In this document: piece after piece, positions 38,240 to 50,743 of the stretch
Position numbering within the stretch: position 1 is the first letter of the stretch
Layout of the letters: each line of letters opens with the position of its first letter
Assembly (NCBI RefSeq): GCF_018350175.1
Contig: NC_058368.1
Span: forward strand, 176,144,001-176,208,000
Reading direction: 5' to 3'
DNA: 64,000 bases
From: Felis catus
Lineage: Eukaryota
The notes under the pieces: model-generated
Database searches by the model: none
What the model saw: only the letters and a program-made list of their open reading frames with translations
What the model was told of the DNA's origin: nothing
Made by a program: the position numbers and the translations under genes

Positions 38240-38770
38240 TATGAGTAAGGACCCTTTCAGTTGCAAGTGACAGAACCCAAAGTAAAATAAGTTAATTTTT
38301 GGATGACCTACATAGGGAGACTAGAAATACAGCTGGTTTCAGGCATGGCTAGATCCTGGGGTCTTAAATTATGTCAATAGGATGCTGTCTCTCTGTCCCT
38401 CTGACTCTCAGCTCTCTTCTTGAACAGGATCCCCCAAAGATAGTAACTCCAGGATCCTTTCCTATGAGTTTAGCAATCCCAGAAATCTTAGCAATCTCCA
38501 GAATTCTTTCTGGATAATTCTAGCAAATATCTGAGGACTGATGTTTGGTGGCCTGGCTTTGGTTATATGAGACAATCACTTAGCTAATCTGACCCTCACT
38601 GTCCAGGTCACATCTCCAACCCTGGCATCAAGGGTTGGGTGAGCTCCACCCTAACCATGTGGACTGAGAGTGAAGAAGGGTAGTTCCCCAAAGAAAAACT
38701 GGCAGGGGTGGGGTATTCCCAGATGAAGGGAAATAGATGTGGGAGAGGCAGACACAGCAGATGCCCACCA
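38240..38770. mobile_element. Old LTR remnant (MLT1/LTR33-like)
   Basis: CTTTCAGTTGCAAGTGACAGAACCCAA...TTCAGGCATGGCTAGATCC. Confidence 0.5.
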
Positions 38771-39636
38771 CAGGGCATTTGCTTCTCAACGCTGAGGCCG
38801 AGGGAGAGAGACATCCCTTTCCTGCCCAAAGGAAAAGAGTGTGGGTCCTTCCCCCAGACTATTCCCTACTACAACCAAATAACCTCATCTGTGCTTAGCT
38901 ATACCTACTTCCCCAGTCCCTAAGGAAAGGAGGGAAATACTCCTGGTTACCTGGGGAGCCCCCCCAACCCCCTGCTTAAACTCCGTTCTGTTTCTACAAG
39001 TTACATCACTGCAAGAACACTAGAGAAGAAAGCAATGTTATGTGTGTTAAAATACACAAAGAAACACATTAACCTTGTGAGGGGACTCTTTTAAGTTAGA
39101 AGGATCTGGGTGAATTTTGGTTAGAAGATTGATAAAATTCTGGATCACTAATACTATCTGCTCAAAAGTACCTCTGCTATTTGCTTTTCAGTTTTTGGTT
39201 TAGAAAATGGTTAATAATTTGGTTTCAGTTGCTGCCACATTGCTCGTAGGCCCTGGGATTACACAACCACATTTGTTCCTGAGAGTAGCTGATGACAATA
39301 CCTATACTTGCTGGATAAAGAGTTTGAAGTCAGCACGACGCTGAGGAACATGAGCAGTGCGACTGAAAGATGGAAATAAATATTACCCCTGAAAGCTCAC
39401 CTTCCTATGTAAATCCATTTTCCAGAAGGAAGATGTTTGCAATCTCTTTTCCAAGCTGGGGGCGAGTCAATGCCCTAGATGGGAGGAAGCTGAAGGCTCC
39501 AGGAAATGCTTTTCTACCTGGGAAAGACAAATGTTGAGGTTGCAAACCTTAGAATGGCTTGCCGAACAAGTTCACTGTGCCCGGCTTCCAACCTGCTCGG
39601 CACAGGAAACTCCAGAGGTCAAAAACCTACCATTCT

Positions 39637-39848
39637 GGGGGCTCCTGGGTTATTAGTTAAGTTTCTGACTCTTGGTTTCGGCTCAGGTCATGATCTCACA
39701 ATTTGTGAGTTCAAGCCCCAGGTCAGGCTCTGTGCTGACAGCACGGAGCCTGCTTGGCATTCTCTCTCTCCCTCTCTGTCCTTCCCTTGCTTGCTCTCTT
39801 TCTCTCTCAAAATAAGTAAATAAACTTTAAAAAAAAAAAAAAAAAAAG
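39637..39848 (+). mobile_element. CanSINE
   Basis: TSD AAACCTACCAT on both flanks; long A tail. Confidence 0.92.
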
Positions 39849-40194
39849 AAACCTACCATCCAAAAACCTGCAAACAACCTAAATGCCCAAAAATGGAGAG
39901 GGGTCAAATCATCAGGTTCATTCACTTACTCAGGAAATATTTATTTACATAATTTTACATATTATTTACATAATACGCCTATTACGTGCTGGGGATTATT
40001 TTGGCTAGTAGGGTTTTCAGGTAAAATTTTTTTTCTTCTTTAGACTTTGTTGCTTTTTTCCAAATTTTCGCAGATGAACCTGTACCACTTTTTACCATCA
40101 GATGAATCACTTTACCATCACAAGATGAGTGTTCATCCAACGAGGACAAAATCAACCAAAGGAACCGATGTTGCGAGGGAAGCAGATCTGGCAG

Positions 40195-40710
40195 CACTTT
40201 CCAGGTAATAACTGCTGCCTAACAAATCGCCCCAGACACAGCGGCGGAAAACAACAGCATTCGCCCACTGTTATTTCCTCTCGGGGTTCCGGGGATCCGT
40301 GGGGTTCAGCCAGGTGTTTCCTCCTTGGGGCCTCTCACGCAGGTGCAGTGAGATGGTGGCTGGTGCCGGAGTCATTTCGAAGCCTTCGCCACGCACATGC
40401 CTGGCATCTGATGCTGGCTGTCAGCAGGGACCTCAGCTGGGCTGGAACACTAGCAAATGGCCTCCCTGTTTGGCCTTGGCTTCTTCACAGCATGGTGGCT
40501 GGGTTCTAAGGGTGAGTGTCCCCAGAGAGCCAGATGGATGCTATGTTGCCTTATATTGTCACATCTGAGACGTGACACAGCCACACTGCCACTGCAGTGT
40601 ACTGTTAGAAGCACATGGTGACAGTCAGTCCATATTCAAGAGGTGAGGACTTAAGACTATACCTCTTGATGAAAAGAATGTCAAGAAATTTGCAAACATC
40701 TTTTAAAGTG
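40195..40710 (-). mobile_element. MaLR LTR (MLT1-like)
   Basis: TAACAAATCGCCCCAGAC...GGCTTCTTCACAGCATGGTGGCTGGGTTC...CAAGAAATTTGCAAACATC. Confidence 0.7.
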
Positions 40711-41519
40711 ATCACACAGGGGTTTCCTGAACCAAAGTTCCCAGAACCTCTGCAATGCTCCAATACCACCAGCCATCCTACCCACCACCCCATGAGTCTC
40801 TGTCTTTTTCATCTCCTCAGCACCCCTAACCCCACCTTGAACCCTCATGAAAGAGAAACCAGAGACAGCAGATGTCTCCACGTGTGCACATACTCCCTCA
40901 AAGTGTTCTTAGAGCAGAACCTGAACCCCCTTCCCAAGGTGAACCCTCTCTTTTCACTTCCTCCATGACCTTGTGTACCTTCCTCTCCATTCACCCTCAT
41001 ATTCTTGAAATGTGCTAAGTTTCTTCACCTTAAATAAGCCCAGCCCTCAGAGCCTAGGGTAAGGAGACCATCCAGAAAGTTATTCCAATAAACTAGGCAA
41101 AGCCCAATTGTGGCAGTAGGAAAAGGGAGAGACAAAGGAAATTTCACTTTGGTAAAGAAGGGTCATGCCCTTGGAGGTGATAATATGGGGGCAAGCGAGG
41201 GAGTTTTTAAACATGACTGTGAGGCTTCCGGTGTCTGTGTTCCCTAGTATCCTTCCCTAGTATCTTTCTTCCTAGATGGGAGAAAGTTCTCTCCGTCTTC
41301 TTAAATGCCAGAGCAGCGAGTGGTCACGTGTCCTGCCAAGAAAAGGCTGAGGGGGTGAAGCCTTCCAGAGAAGAGCAGAGACGGGAGGCAGCAGGGGCAG
41401 AGTGCTTGGGCTCAGGACTTGTTCAGGACTCAGTCCCAGAGCTGTCCAGGCTCTGACAGCTCACCTTCACATCTGGAGGCACTCCACTGGGGTCCCAGGA
41501 AATCCACCCTCGCCATTAA

Positions 41520-42050
41520 AACAATTTTTTGTGTGCGGTAAAATACACATAACATAAAATTTATCATTTTGACTTTTTCAGTATATAATTCAGTGGCATT
41601 AAGCACATTCACACCATTGTATGACTATCGCCACCATCCATCTCCAGAACTTTTCCCAAATTGAATCCTCCTAAATTGAAACTCTGTCCCCATTAAACTG
41701 TAACTCCCTACTGTCCCTTCTCATTTTTCCCCCACTCCCACCCCACCCCGCCCACAGCCCCACCCTTCTACTTTGTTTCTATGACTTTCGGAAAGGTACC
41801 TCCTGTAAGTGAGCTCATACAATATTTGTCCTCTCATGTCTGGCTTATTTCCCTTAGTATAATGTCTTCAAAGTATGTCATCCGCGTAGCACGTGGCAGA
41901 ATTTCATTCCTTTTTAAGGCCTAGTAATATTCCATTGTATGTATTACCACATTTTGTTTATCCATTCCTCCATCGGTGGGCCACTTGGGTTATTTCCACC
42001 TGTACGTTACCGTGAATAATGCTGCTATGAACATGGTTGTGCAAGTCCAT
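41520..42050 (-). mobile_element. L1MB-like 3' fragment
   Basis: GGTAAAATACACATAACATAAAATTTA...CAGTGGCATTAAGCACATTCAC...GTGAATAATGCTGCTATGAACAT. Confidence 0.85.
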
Positions 42051-42344
42051 TATCCAGTTCGGATAAACAGACCGTGACACACCCATATAATGGAATCGTA
42101 CCCAACAACAAAAAGAAATGAACTATCGACACATTTGACAACACAAATGAACTTCAAAATGTTATAAGAGGTAAAGAAGCCAATAGCCACATCCCCCACG
42201 TAGTATATATGATAGGATCCATTCATGTAACATGATGAAAAGTACAAACTAGTCTACCGTGATCGAAAGCAGATCAGCGGTCATCTGGACAAAGTGCGGG
42301 AGCAGTGGGGGGGCAGTGCCGGCCAACAGGTGACAAAGGGTCAC

Positions 42345-42373
42345 GTGTTCGCTTTGGCAGCACCTGCATTAAA
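42345..42373 (+). pseudogene. U6 snRNA 5' fragment (retro-inserted)
   Basis: GTGTTCGCTTTGGCAGCACCTGCATTAAA vs U6 5' GTGCTCGCTTCGGCAGCACATATACTAAA: 23/29 identical, 17/19 at the start. Flanked by ACAAAGG(G)TCAC repeats. Confidence 0.7.
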
Positions 42374-42739
42374 GATTACAAAGGAAAAAAAAATAATAAA
42401 GATTACAAAGGTCACCAGAACGCTTTTGGGGGTCATGGATATTACCTGGATTGTGGTGGTACACACATCAAAATGCAGCAAATGGTACAGTTTAATTATG
42501 TGTAGTTTATTATAAATTGTATCATCATCAATTATTTTTAAAGTAAAAAAAAAAGTGAACAGGCTATACCAGATAATCCTGTATTTGTTGAAGGTACAAA
42601 AGAAGAAAGAAAAAAAGACATAGAACGCCCTCCCAAATGTTTCCAGCAATTCTCTCTAGATGGGTTTATAAATTCCTGTCTTTGGGAGGGGGAGTTTGCA
42701 TGGGTTAAATATGTTTTCTAATTTCACTGCAATTAATAT

Positions 42740-43290
42740 GTAATACTTTCATAAAGGGGAATCCTCTGGCCCAAGTATGCTTCCTCCTACAAAGGAAGTA
42801 ACCCAACCTTCATAAAGCCTACTGCATGTGCACCACTGTGCTAGCTGAAAGGCAGCTGGAACCACCCCCTCCCATATTTGGCTCTGCTGTTGGTCAAAGA
42901 GGGGCTGACTCCCCCCCAATGTTGGGCACGTGACCCCAGGCCTCTCCAATCAGGACATCCTGGCCTTCTCACCACAGGGACTAGTGCAGGGCCCCACCAA
43001 GGGATACTTAGGAACTCATAGGGGAAAGGCTCTTTCTTTAGGGATCCCAAGCTAAGTGGATGGAAGTCTGAAGCTGCCCATGGAGGAAGGGGGAGACTTG
43101 ATACCTGGTCAGCATCCACTCAGAAGAAAGCCAAGTGGTGGGAAACAGAGAAGAGACGGAGGGGGACGAGTTCTTAACATTTTTGGTAGAGCACCTGGAT
43201 CCAGCTGTGCCGAAAGCCACATCCATTACGTAAACCAGTCAGTTCTTTCTTTTGCTTATGTGACTGTCCTGTTCCTGAACCCCTAGTGCC
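42740..43290 (+). mobile_element. ERVL LTR remnant (LTR16-like)
   Basis: GAGCACCTGGATCCAGCTGTGCCGAAAGC motif. Confidence 0.55.
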
Positions 43291-46200
43291 GACCTCAGGC
43301 TCAGCAGGTATCCTCACAGGGATCTGCGAACCCCGCACCCTCAAATCCCTCCATCTCTACCCTCTCCTTTACATCATTTTGGTTGCTGGGTGGGATGTGT
43401 ATTGAGGGGTCTCTGCCCCTACAACTTTGTTGGCCTCTCTTATGCCTACTGTTGGGAGAAGTCCAGAGACTCTTGAGCCCAGCTGTCTGGGTTTGAACCC
43501 TAGATTCACCAGTTACTAGCTGTGTGACCTTGGGTGTGTTTCTGGACCCTTTTGCATCTCAACTGCCTCAGCGGTAGCAACGACCAACTATGGGTAGAAT
43601 TCCTGGGTTAAAGGAAATAACGCACAGTGCCTGGCACTCAATACATTAACCTCATTTGGGATTTCATTATGATTGCTCCATTGTTAATTTTATTTTAACT
43701 ACTATTTGCTGCTTCTAAGCTGTCTAAAGGGGTTGTCCCACTGTGCTCCCCAGGGCACACTTACCACCTCTGGGGTGACTATCTAGCTCCAGCTCTGTCT
43801 CTAACAGGCCGTGGGTTCCGCAAGGCAGGTGGAATCTTATGCTTCTATCCTTAGTGCCCAGCACAGAGTGTAGCCGAAGCACATACCAGTAGGACTCTGG
43901 AATGGACTGGGGGTGCAGTGGGTGGAGGTCATTCAGGGAGGCAGCCAGGAGCTTGCCCAGTCTAACAACACACCTCCCCATGGCCCTCGAATCCACTGGC
44001 TTGCGAACCTATTCAGAGGGTGGCAATGGCACAGCCATCGCTTGCACACTAAAAACTCCTTTCTTAGAAACTACAGCCTTTCTGTCAGGAACCCTCTTGT
44101 TTTTCACACCAGTCAAGCTGTCAGGATTAAAACTGATTGACCGTTTCCTCATTTTCCAGACCATAGTTAACTTGCTACATTATGGATTTTTATCCGGGAG
44201 CATTCTTTGCCAGTGAATGAGACTGTGGGGGGGAGAAGAGCAAAGATTTAATATTAATAAAAAACAGAACACTTTACACTGAGCTAATTCTTCTCACTTT
44301 TTTTTTTTTTTTTTTGACGTCTTGGGAAAGATGACCAATTTGCCACAGCCTGCTCTGTCCCACTTAGCTCCCTGCCATTTAAGAAACTCTACTCCATCCT
44401 TGGGCCTGATTCCTTGCCTATCCCAGCATCCTCTTCGCCTAACCACCATTTACCCAAAATAAAGCCCCAAAGAGAAAGGGGAATGAGGTCATGCCACGAA
44501 TGCAGTGGCCATTGGAGTGACAGTGTGAGAGGCACTATGTGAGGCACTGTGTGAGCTCTCGGGGGACTTTTGTCCTTCAATCTCCCAGCACCCCTAAGAG
44601 GTCAATGCTCTTGGCTGCCTCTGCGTTCCAGATGAGGAAATGACAAAGGGGCAATCCCTGCCCAGGGGCATATGGCCGGGAGGACTGCAATTTGATTCTG
44701 GGCTGGTGCACTGTAGCCCATTGAAAATGCAAGGTGACCAATACCATGGACCCTTGTGGCTCTGCTGTTGAGGACTGGGGTTGGGGGGGGGGGTTGGGGG
44801 GGTAGATAACACCCACCCCTCCTCTCCCCCCCCCCCCCACCCGCCTGCAGCCCTTCATTCCTGACAACTGCTGAGACTCCTGGCTGGTATCTCTTAGATT
44901 AGCCCCCAGCTATTTTTATGCTGCCCTTGTTTAGGGAAGAAACACAGCTTGGGCAAACCCTCAGGCAGGGCCTCAGGGGAGACCACCATTAGTCAAGGAC
45001 GAAAACTGAGCTTATTTTACATTTTACTATCTTTTTTTTAGACTACAGTTTTCCTTAGACAAATATCCAAATTGGGTCACCCTGCCAAATTGCCTTCGGC
45101 AGAGCGTTTCAGGCCATCTAAATTCGCCAACACAAGGTATCTGCCTTCCTTCAGAACAATATATTGAGCGTTGAATGAAGTCTCCTCCCTTGGGGGGTGG
45201 GAAGAGGTGTCAAGCAGATGGCCTTGGTGAAGGGAACAGGAAGCCTGGAAGGGGGATGGGAGGTGTGTCCGGGAAGACTGGGAGGCTGGAGAAGAGACTG
45301 GGAGAGAGAGGTCAGGGACGAGCTCCAGCGGAGGAGTGGAGGAATGGAGACGACAGAGGAACCTGGAGCTCACCTGAGAGTCTGTGGTGGAGAAATAACT
45401 TTGGAATTATTGACAGTGATTCTCCTGATGATTATTAAACCGTGGGGGACATGGAGGTCCTTGCCTGTGAGAGAATATATAGAGGGAGGCGAGGGCAGAA
45501 GCTCTAAGCAGCACTTAAGGCTGAGTGGGAGATGAAGAAAAAAGAATGAACAGGAGTTCTCAGAGAACAAGAGGAACACCGGAAGTGTGGAGTCACAGAA
45601 GCAGGAGGTACTGGTCAACAACGGCTGAGGATGAGAGAAGGTGGAGGCAAACGTCCTTCAGATGAACAGTCTGGAGGAGGCCTCAGCAAGGCTTGTTTTT
45701 GGGAGAGTGACAGGAGTGGAAGTCAGACTGGAGTGGGAGATGAGGAAACGGAGACTTGTCACAGAAGTTGGGTGGTAAAGGGGAGAGGACAGCGGTGGCT
45801 CAGGGGGATGGCATGCTCTTCCGTGTCCTGTCCAGGGGAACACAGGTCCCCAGTGCACAGGCACCACCGTCATTCTGGGCTGTCCTTAAAGGCAGGGGGA
45901 CTACATTTATGTGCAGTCCTCAAGTGCCTGGCACATAGCGGGAACCCGATAAATATCAGATGCTTTTTGATGATGATGGCAGCCACAATGATAACGATGA
46001 AGATGATGATGAAAAACACAGATCCTTGTATATCAGGAAGTCTCCTTGTTTGGGGGATTAAATGATGAACAGACTCCCTAAGAAGTCTAACCAGTACAAG
46101 TGCCTCCTCTGTCTCTGGGCATTCCTTCTCAGTCTTGTTTGCGGGTTCCTCTTTTTTTGTAGTTGTTACTTCTCTGTCTATACTCAAATCTCTGGGTGGT

Positions 46201-46418
46201 CTCATCCAACCTCATGGCTTTAAATCCCATCTACGTGCCTCTTCCAAATTACCCAGCTAGCCCTGACTGCTCTCCCAAACCCCATGCACACATAGCTACG
46301 TGTGTATCTGACGTCTTGACTAGAGGGTCTAATAGATCATCTCGTGCCCAATGGGTCTAAAACCCAACTCCTGATCTTTTCCTCCTTTTGTTACTTAGGC
46401 CAAGAATTTCATAGTTTT

Positions 46419-46537
46419 GGGACATCTGGATGGCTGACTTGGTAGAGCACATGACTCTTGATCTCAGGTTTGTGAGTTTGAGCCCCATGCTGGGTACACA
46501 GATTTCTTAAAAATAAAAAGAAATTAAAAAAAAAAAA
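46419..46537 (+). mobile_element. Short CanSINE inside an L2 remnant
   Basis: TSD AAGAATTTCATAGTTTT at 46402-46418 and 46538-46554. Confidence 0.9.
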
Positions 46538-46999
46538 AAGAATTTCATAGTTTTTTGCTTTCATTCTTTCAAGAAATCTTACCCTGTTGGTTCTATCTTC
46601 AAAATATGAAAGATATTCATTCCTTCAAGAAATCTTACCCTGTTGGTTCTATCTTCAAAATATATCCAGAATATGACTAGTTCTCACCGCCTCTCCTGCT
46701 CAGCCAGGTACAAGCCACCATCATCTGCCACCTGGACACCTGCGATCATCCCCCCAGCTGGCCTCCTGGCGCTGCACTTGTCTCGTTCACTTTATCATCA
46801 ACACGTAAGTCATATTAAGTCACTCCCCTGCTCCACTGGCTCACGTCCCTCAGAGTACAAGGACAGTCATTCTGATGACCTATAAGGCTTTTCATGATTT
46901 TGTCCCCCAGTATCTCCGATTTCCTGTTACTTTTCTAGGACTCCTCACACCCTGCTCTAGCCATACTAGCTTCCCTACTATTCTCCAAAACATCAGTCA

Positions 47000-47717
47000 T
47001 GTTCCAGTTCTGTACCCAGTTCTGATGTGTGTGTTTCTTCCCCACACCAACAAGCGATTCTCTGACACCAGCTGGGTATCCTAGAATTCAACTCAATTCT
47101 GACACTATCTGCTGGACACAGAATCAGATCCCACAGGTTAAGGGCTCAGTCCCACAAAACTTCCCCTCCAACCCCCACTTCAGCTGCCCACCACAAGTCC
47201 AGGCTGTTACCTGTGCTTCTGACCAACAGGCTGTAGATGGGAGGTTCCCATGAACACCTATCTCCTCCTCAGGTTTGCTTAATTCACTAGAGAGGTTCCC
47301 AGAAATGAAAGAAACATTTTGCTTACTAGATGACCAGTTTATTAAGAAAGGGTAGAACAGCCAGATGGAAGAGACGCATAGGGCAAGGCACGAGGAAAGG
47401 ATGCAGAGCTCCCATGCCCTAAGTGTGCCACCCTCCCTCAATCTCCACGTGTTCACCAACCCAGAAGATCTCTGAACACAGTCCTCCTGGGTTTTGTGGA
47501 GGCTTCATTCGACAGTCATGATCGATTAATGATGGCCCACTGGTGACTGAACTTAATTTCCAACCCCTCTCCTCTCCTCTGAGGTCCACTGGCAACCAGC
47601 CCTGTCTTTAGTGCTTTCCAAAAGTCGCCTCATACACATAACAAAAGAAACCTTTATGGCTCTCACTGCAGGAAAGTCCAAGGGTTTTAGGAGCTCTGTG
47701 CCCCTGACTGGGGACAC

Positions 47718-47779
<62 letters not shown>

Positions 47780-47931
47780 CATATATATATACATATGTAT
47801 ATGTACATATATATGTACATATATATACATATGTATATGTACATATATATATATGTACATATATATACATATGTATATATATATGTATGTATATATACAC
47901 ACACACACACACACAATCAATCACAGTATCG
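47000..47931 (-). mobile_element. ERV-type solo LTR (MER21-like carnivore LTR) containing a TA-rich microsatellite
   Basis: CACCAGCTGGGTATCCTAGAATTCAACTCAATTCTGACACTATCT...CAGATCCCACAGGTTAAGGGCTCAGTCCCACAA...CCAAGGGTTTTAGGAGCTCTGTG. Confidence 0.7.
47721..47914. repeat. Compound (TA)n/(TATG/TACA)n/(CA)n microsatellite
   Basis: ~190 bp alternating purine-pyrimidine tract starting with ~23 pure TA units. Confidence 0.95.
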
Positions 47932-49021
47932 CAGGTGCTCCCACCATAGGCCTTTGCTCCAGCCCCATCTGGTCCCTGTGCCAGAGCCCATCTCCCCCAG
48001 CAGTCCGCATGGCTAAGGGGTCTCCCTCCCCAACAAGCCTTTGCTCAGACCTCACCTCCTCAGTGAGGCCAGCTCTGACCACCCTACTTAATACTGCAAA
48101 CCTATCCCCACACCTACATTCCTGTCTCCATTAGCGGGCTTCCCTCTTTCCTAGACCACTTATTGTCTAACAGAATGAATGGCTTATTTGTTTATCATCT
48201 GCCTGCCCTCTCTCACATATTGTAAGTTCCACAACAACAGGGAATCTTTGTTTTATTCACTGCCTATACCTAGCACAGTGCCTGGTACAAAGTACGTGCT
48301 CAGTAAATACTTGGAATGAACGACCTCTTGACAGCTGCTCTATACTTTTAATTCTTTGACTGTCACCTAACCAAACTGTAGAACACAAGCTGGCCTTACT
48401 TTTTACAGTGAAAATGAAAATCATCTATGAAACATCTTCTAAAAACTATAAACTTTGTACATTTGTATGTTTGTTTGTTTTTAAAGTCTGGTACGTGGGA
48501 AAAAAAAATCCGCAAGAGCATTCCGTATGGACTGATGAAGCCGTACACACAGCAAGACCACAGAGCAAATGTGAACACTGCCCCCTCACGGTTGAACATG
48601 GAGATGGTTGCTCTCTGTCCAGCCAGCCGGCTAGGGGATGACTTTGAATCCCGGTGGCTGAATGGGGTTCCAAGATACAATGCTATTGATGACATTTCAA
48701 ATTCAACCTAGCAAGTTACAGAAGAACAAAGTCAAAGGGAGATTTTTTAAGGAGTACAGCGCCCACACATTCCCATATTGGAAGGAGGATGTTGACAATT
48801 AGTGGGAAGTGGTAAAGAAAAATGTTAAGACAAGAAAATCCTAAATTGATAACATCCATCTGCTGCACTTACAGCTGGAATCTGAGTGGGAATTTCCCAT
48901 CTGTGCTTTATTCTCAGCTTTAATTTGACTATAAATAAGACACATGCATGCACAATTTGCAGTGAGTGTCTTCTGAGGCCAGAAACGTTTAAGTATGATA
49001 TATGTATATATAGAAGTGTGT

Positions 49022-49034
49022 ACACACACGCGCA

Positions 49035-49069
<35 letters not shown>

Positions 49070-49072
49070 GCA
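49022..49072. repeat. Interrupted (CA)n microsatellite
   Basis: Direct reading. Confidence 0.9.
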
Positions 49073-50149
49073 CTTTAACTTAGAACCTACTCATTAAACT
49101 AGTCAGTCTGAGGTGTGCAGCCAATCTCTTAAGTACTTGGTCTCATGAAGATCTGGCAGTTCATAACTGAAGCCAAAGCCTTAACTGTTGACATCCTCTG
49201 CTCAAACAGATCTAAACAGAACTTGTGATGCCCAGGCCAGCTTTCACCAAAGCCCCTGTTTGCTGCAGGAAACCTCAGGGTCCAGAGCCCTGGAGGTGGC
49301 CCCATTTGGGAAGCCCACTGCTCAGTCAGACAGAAGCTGCACTTGTTACTTCACATTCTTGTTGGAGTCTCATGTTGACTAAACAAATGTCTATGTGGAC
49401 TATCACCCCCATGTTACAGGTGGGGAAACTGAGGCTTAGTGACATAAGATATCTTGCCCATAGTCACATGGCCCTTTAGTTAAACAGCCAAGACTCAAAA
49501 CCAAGGCTCAAAGTCCATGTTCTTTTCACTTTCCCCTCTGCCTCCATGTTACACATCCCAGGGCCTCTGGGGCTATAAATAGTGGGGAGGCTGGGATTTC
49601 ATGTGTGAGGCCAGCCAGGCCTATAGCACAAGGACACGAACATCTCCCAGCCTGAGCCCTAGGATCCCCCAGGCCTCGACAGAACTCAGGCCCAGACAGG
49701 ACTCTGCTTATCACTAGCCTCCCTCTCATCGTTATATTTAGCTCTGCACCTCAAAGAGAAAGACATGCGCCAGCCCCCAAGACGCTGCACACCGAGAGGC
49801 CAGGCCCACCACTGTACACAGAAAGAAAAGGCTGTTTGCCTCAGCCTTTTCAGATGGGTCAGCCACCTCCAGTGGGGGCTTTTTGTAACTTACTGTTTTG
49901 GAGCCTATGAGATCTTGTTCTCCTTGCTCCCTGAGGGAGGAAGCACAGCTGCTTTACCAATCTATTTGTAACAGTCTGCAGGGTCTGTAATACATTGCAT
50001 ATGACTGCTGCCTAATAATCCTTTGTTGGGAGAACAAATAAATGATCTAAGTTCATGTCCTAGAAATCTGGACACCAAAAGCAGGACACAAATTCCCAGA
50101 AGGATACCTTATAATCCAAATGCATTTCATTCTATTAAATATAGTCAAG

Positions 50150-50155
50150 TTTATT
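50150..50155 (-). terminator. BNIP1: BNIP1 polyadenylation signal AATAAA
   Basis: TTTATT on the + strand ~390 nt past the BNIP1 stop codon. Confidence 0.7.
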
Positions 50156-50546
50156 CAAGAAATGGACGTGAGTTTTCCTTATCCTCCTCCCCCCCAACTT
50201 GTCTCTTCCTTCTATCAGATCTGGCACTAAGGCCACAGCAGGAGAAGGAGAGAAAGGAGGATCAAAGCCTGAAGGCTGGCCTCTGAATGCCCCATGTGAC
50301 AGCCATAAGCACTGTTGCGACGGCTCGTGGAGTCCCTGTGTCCCTGTAGGTGTCTCAATGACACCTTGGTCTGCTCGCCCTTTGCAAGCCAGCCACCTGC
50401 AGGAACCTGGGGAACTCTGTGCCTCCATCCAACCCGTAGAACAACTGGAGCAGACTGTGGAGGCATGGACTGGTTTACCAGAGCTTGGTAGCATGGCTAG
50501 ATCTTGACACCGGACTTTAAAGGGCAAAAGCTGGTAATTCCCTATC

Positions 50547-50743
50547 TTACAAAAATGGAAAGAGCCTCTTTTTTATAATATAGAGGACCGTAGCGAGGAA
50601 AAGGGCCAGGGCAAGGAAAATGAGAAGTTTGTCCGTCAGCTCTCGGCGATTATATTTTGTGATAAGCTTCCGTCCCAACTGGATGGTCCCTGACATGGAC
50701 TTAAACTCTTCATTTGCATCCAGGATAGTCCGGGAAGAATTGG
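50547..50743 (-). CDS. BNIP1: BNIP1 exon 6 (SNARE motif end and C-terminal TM anchor)
   Basis: (A)NSSRTILDANEEFKSMSGTIQLGRKLITKYNRRELTDKLLIFLALALFLATVLYIIKKRLFPFL*. AG acceptor at 50745-50744; TAA at 50549-50547. Confidence 0.96.

Noticed and set aside
47553..48134. Y/I/H-rich ORFs
   Set aside because: Translations of the TA-rich microsatellite.
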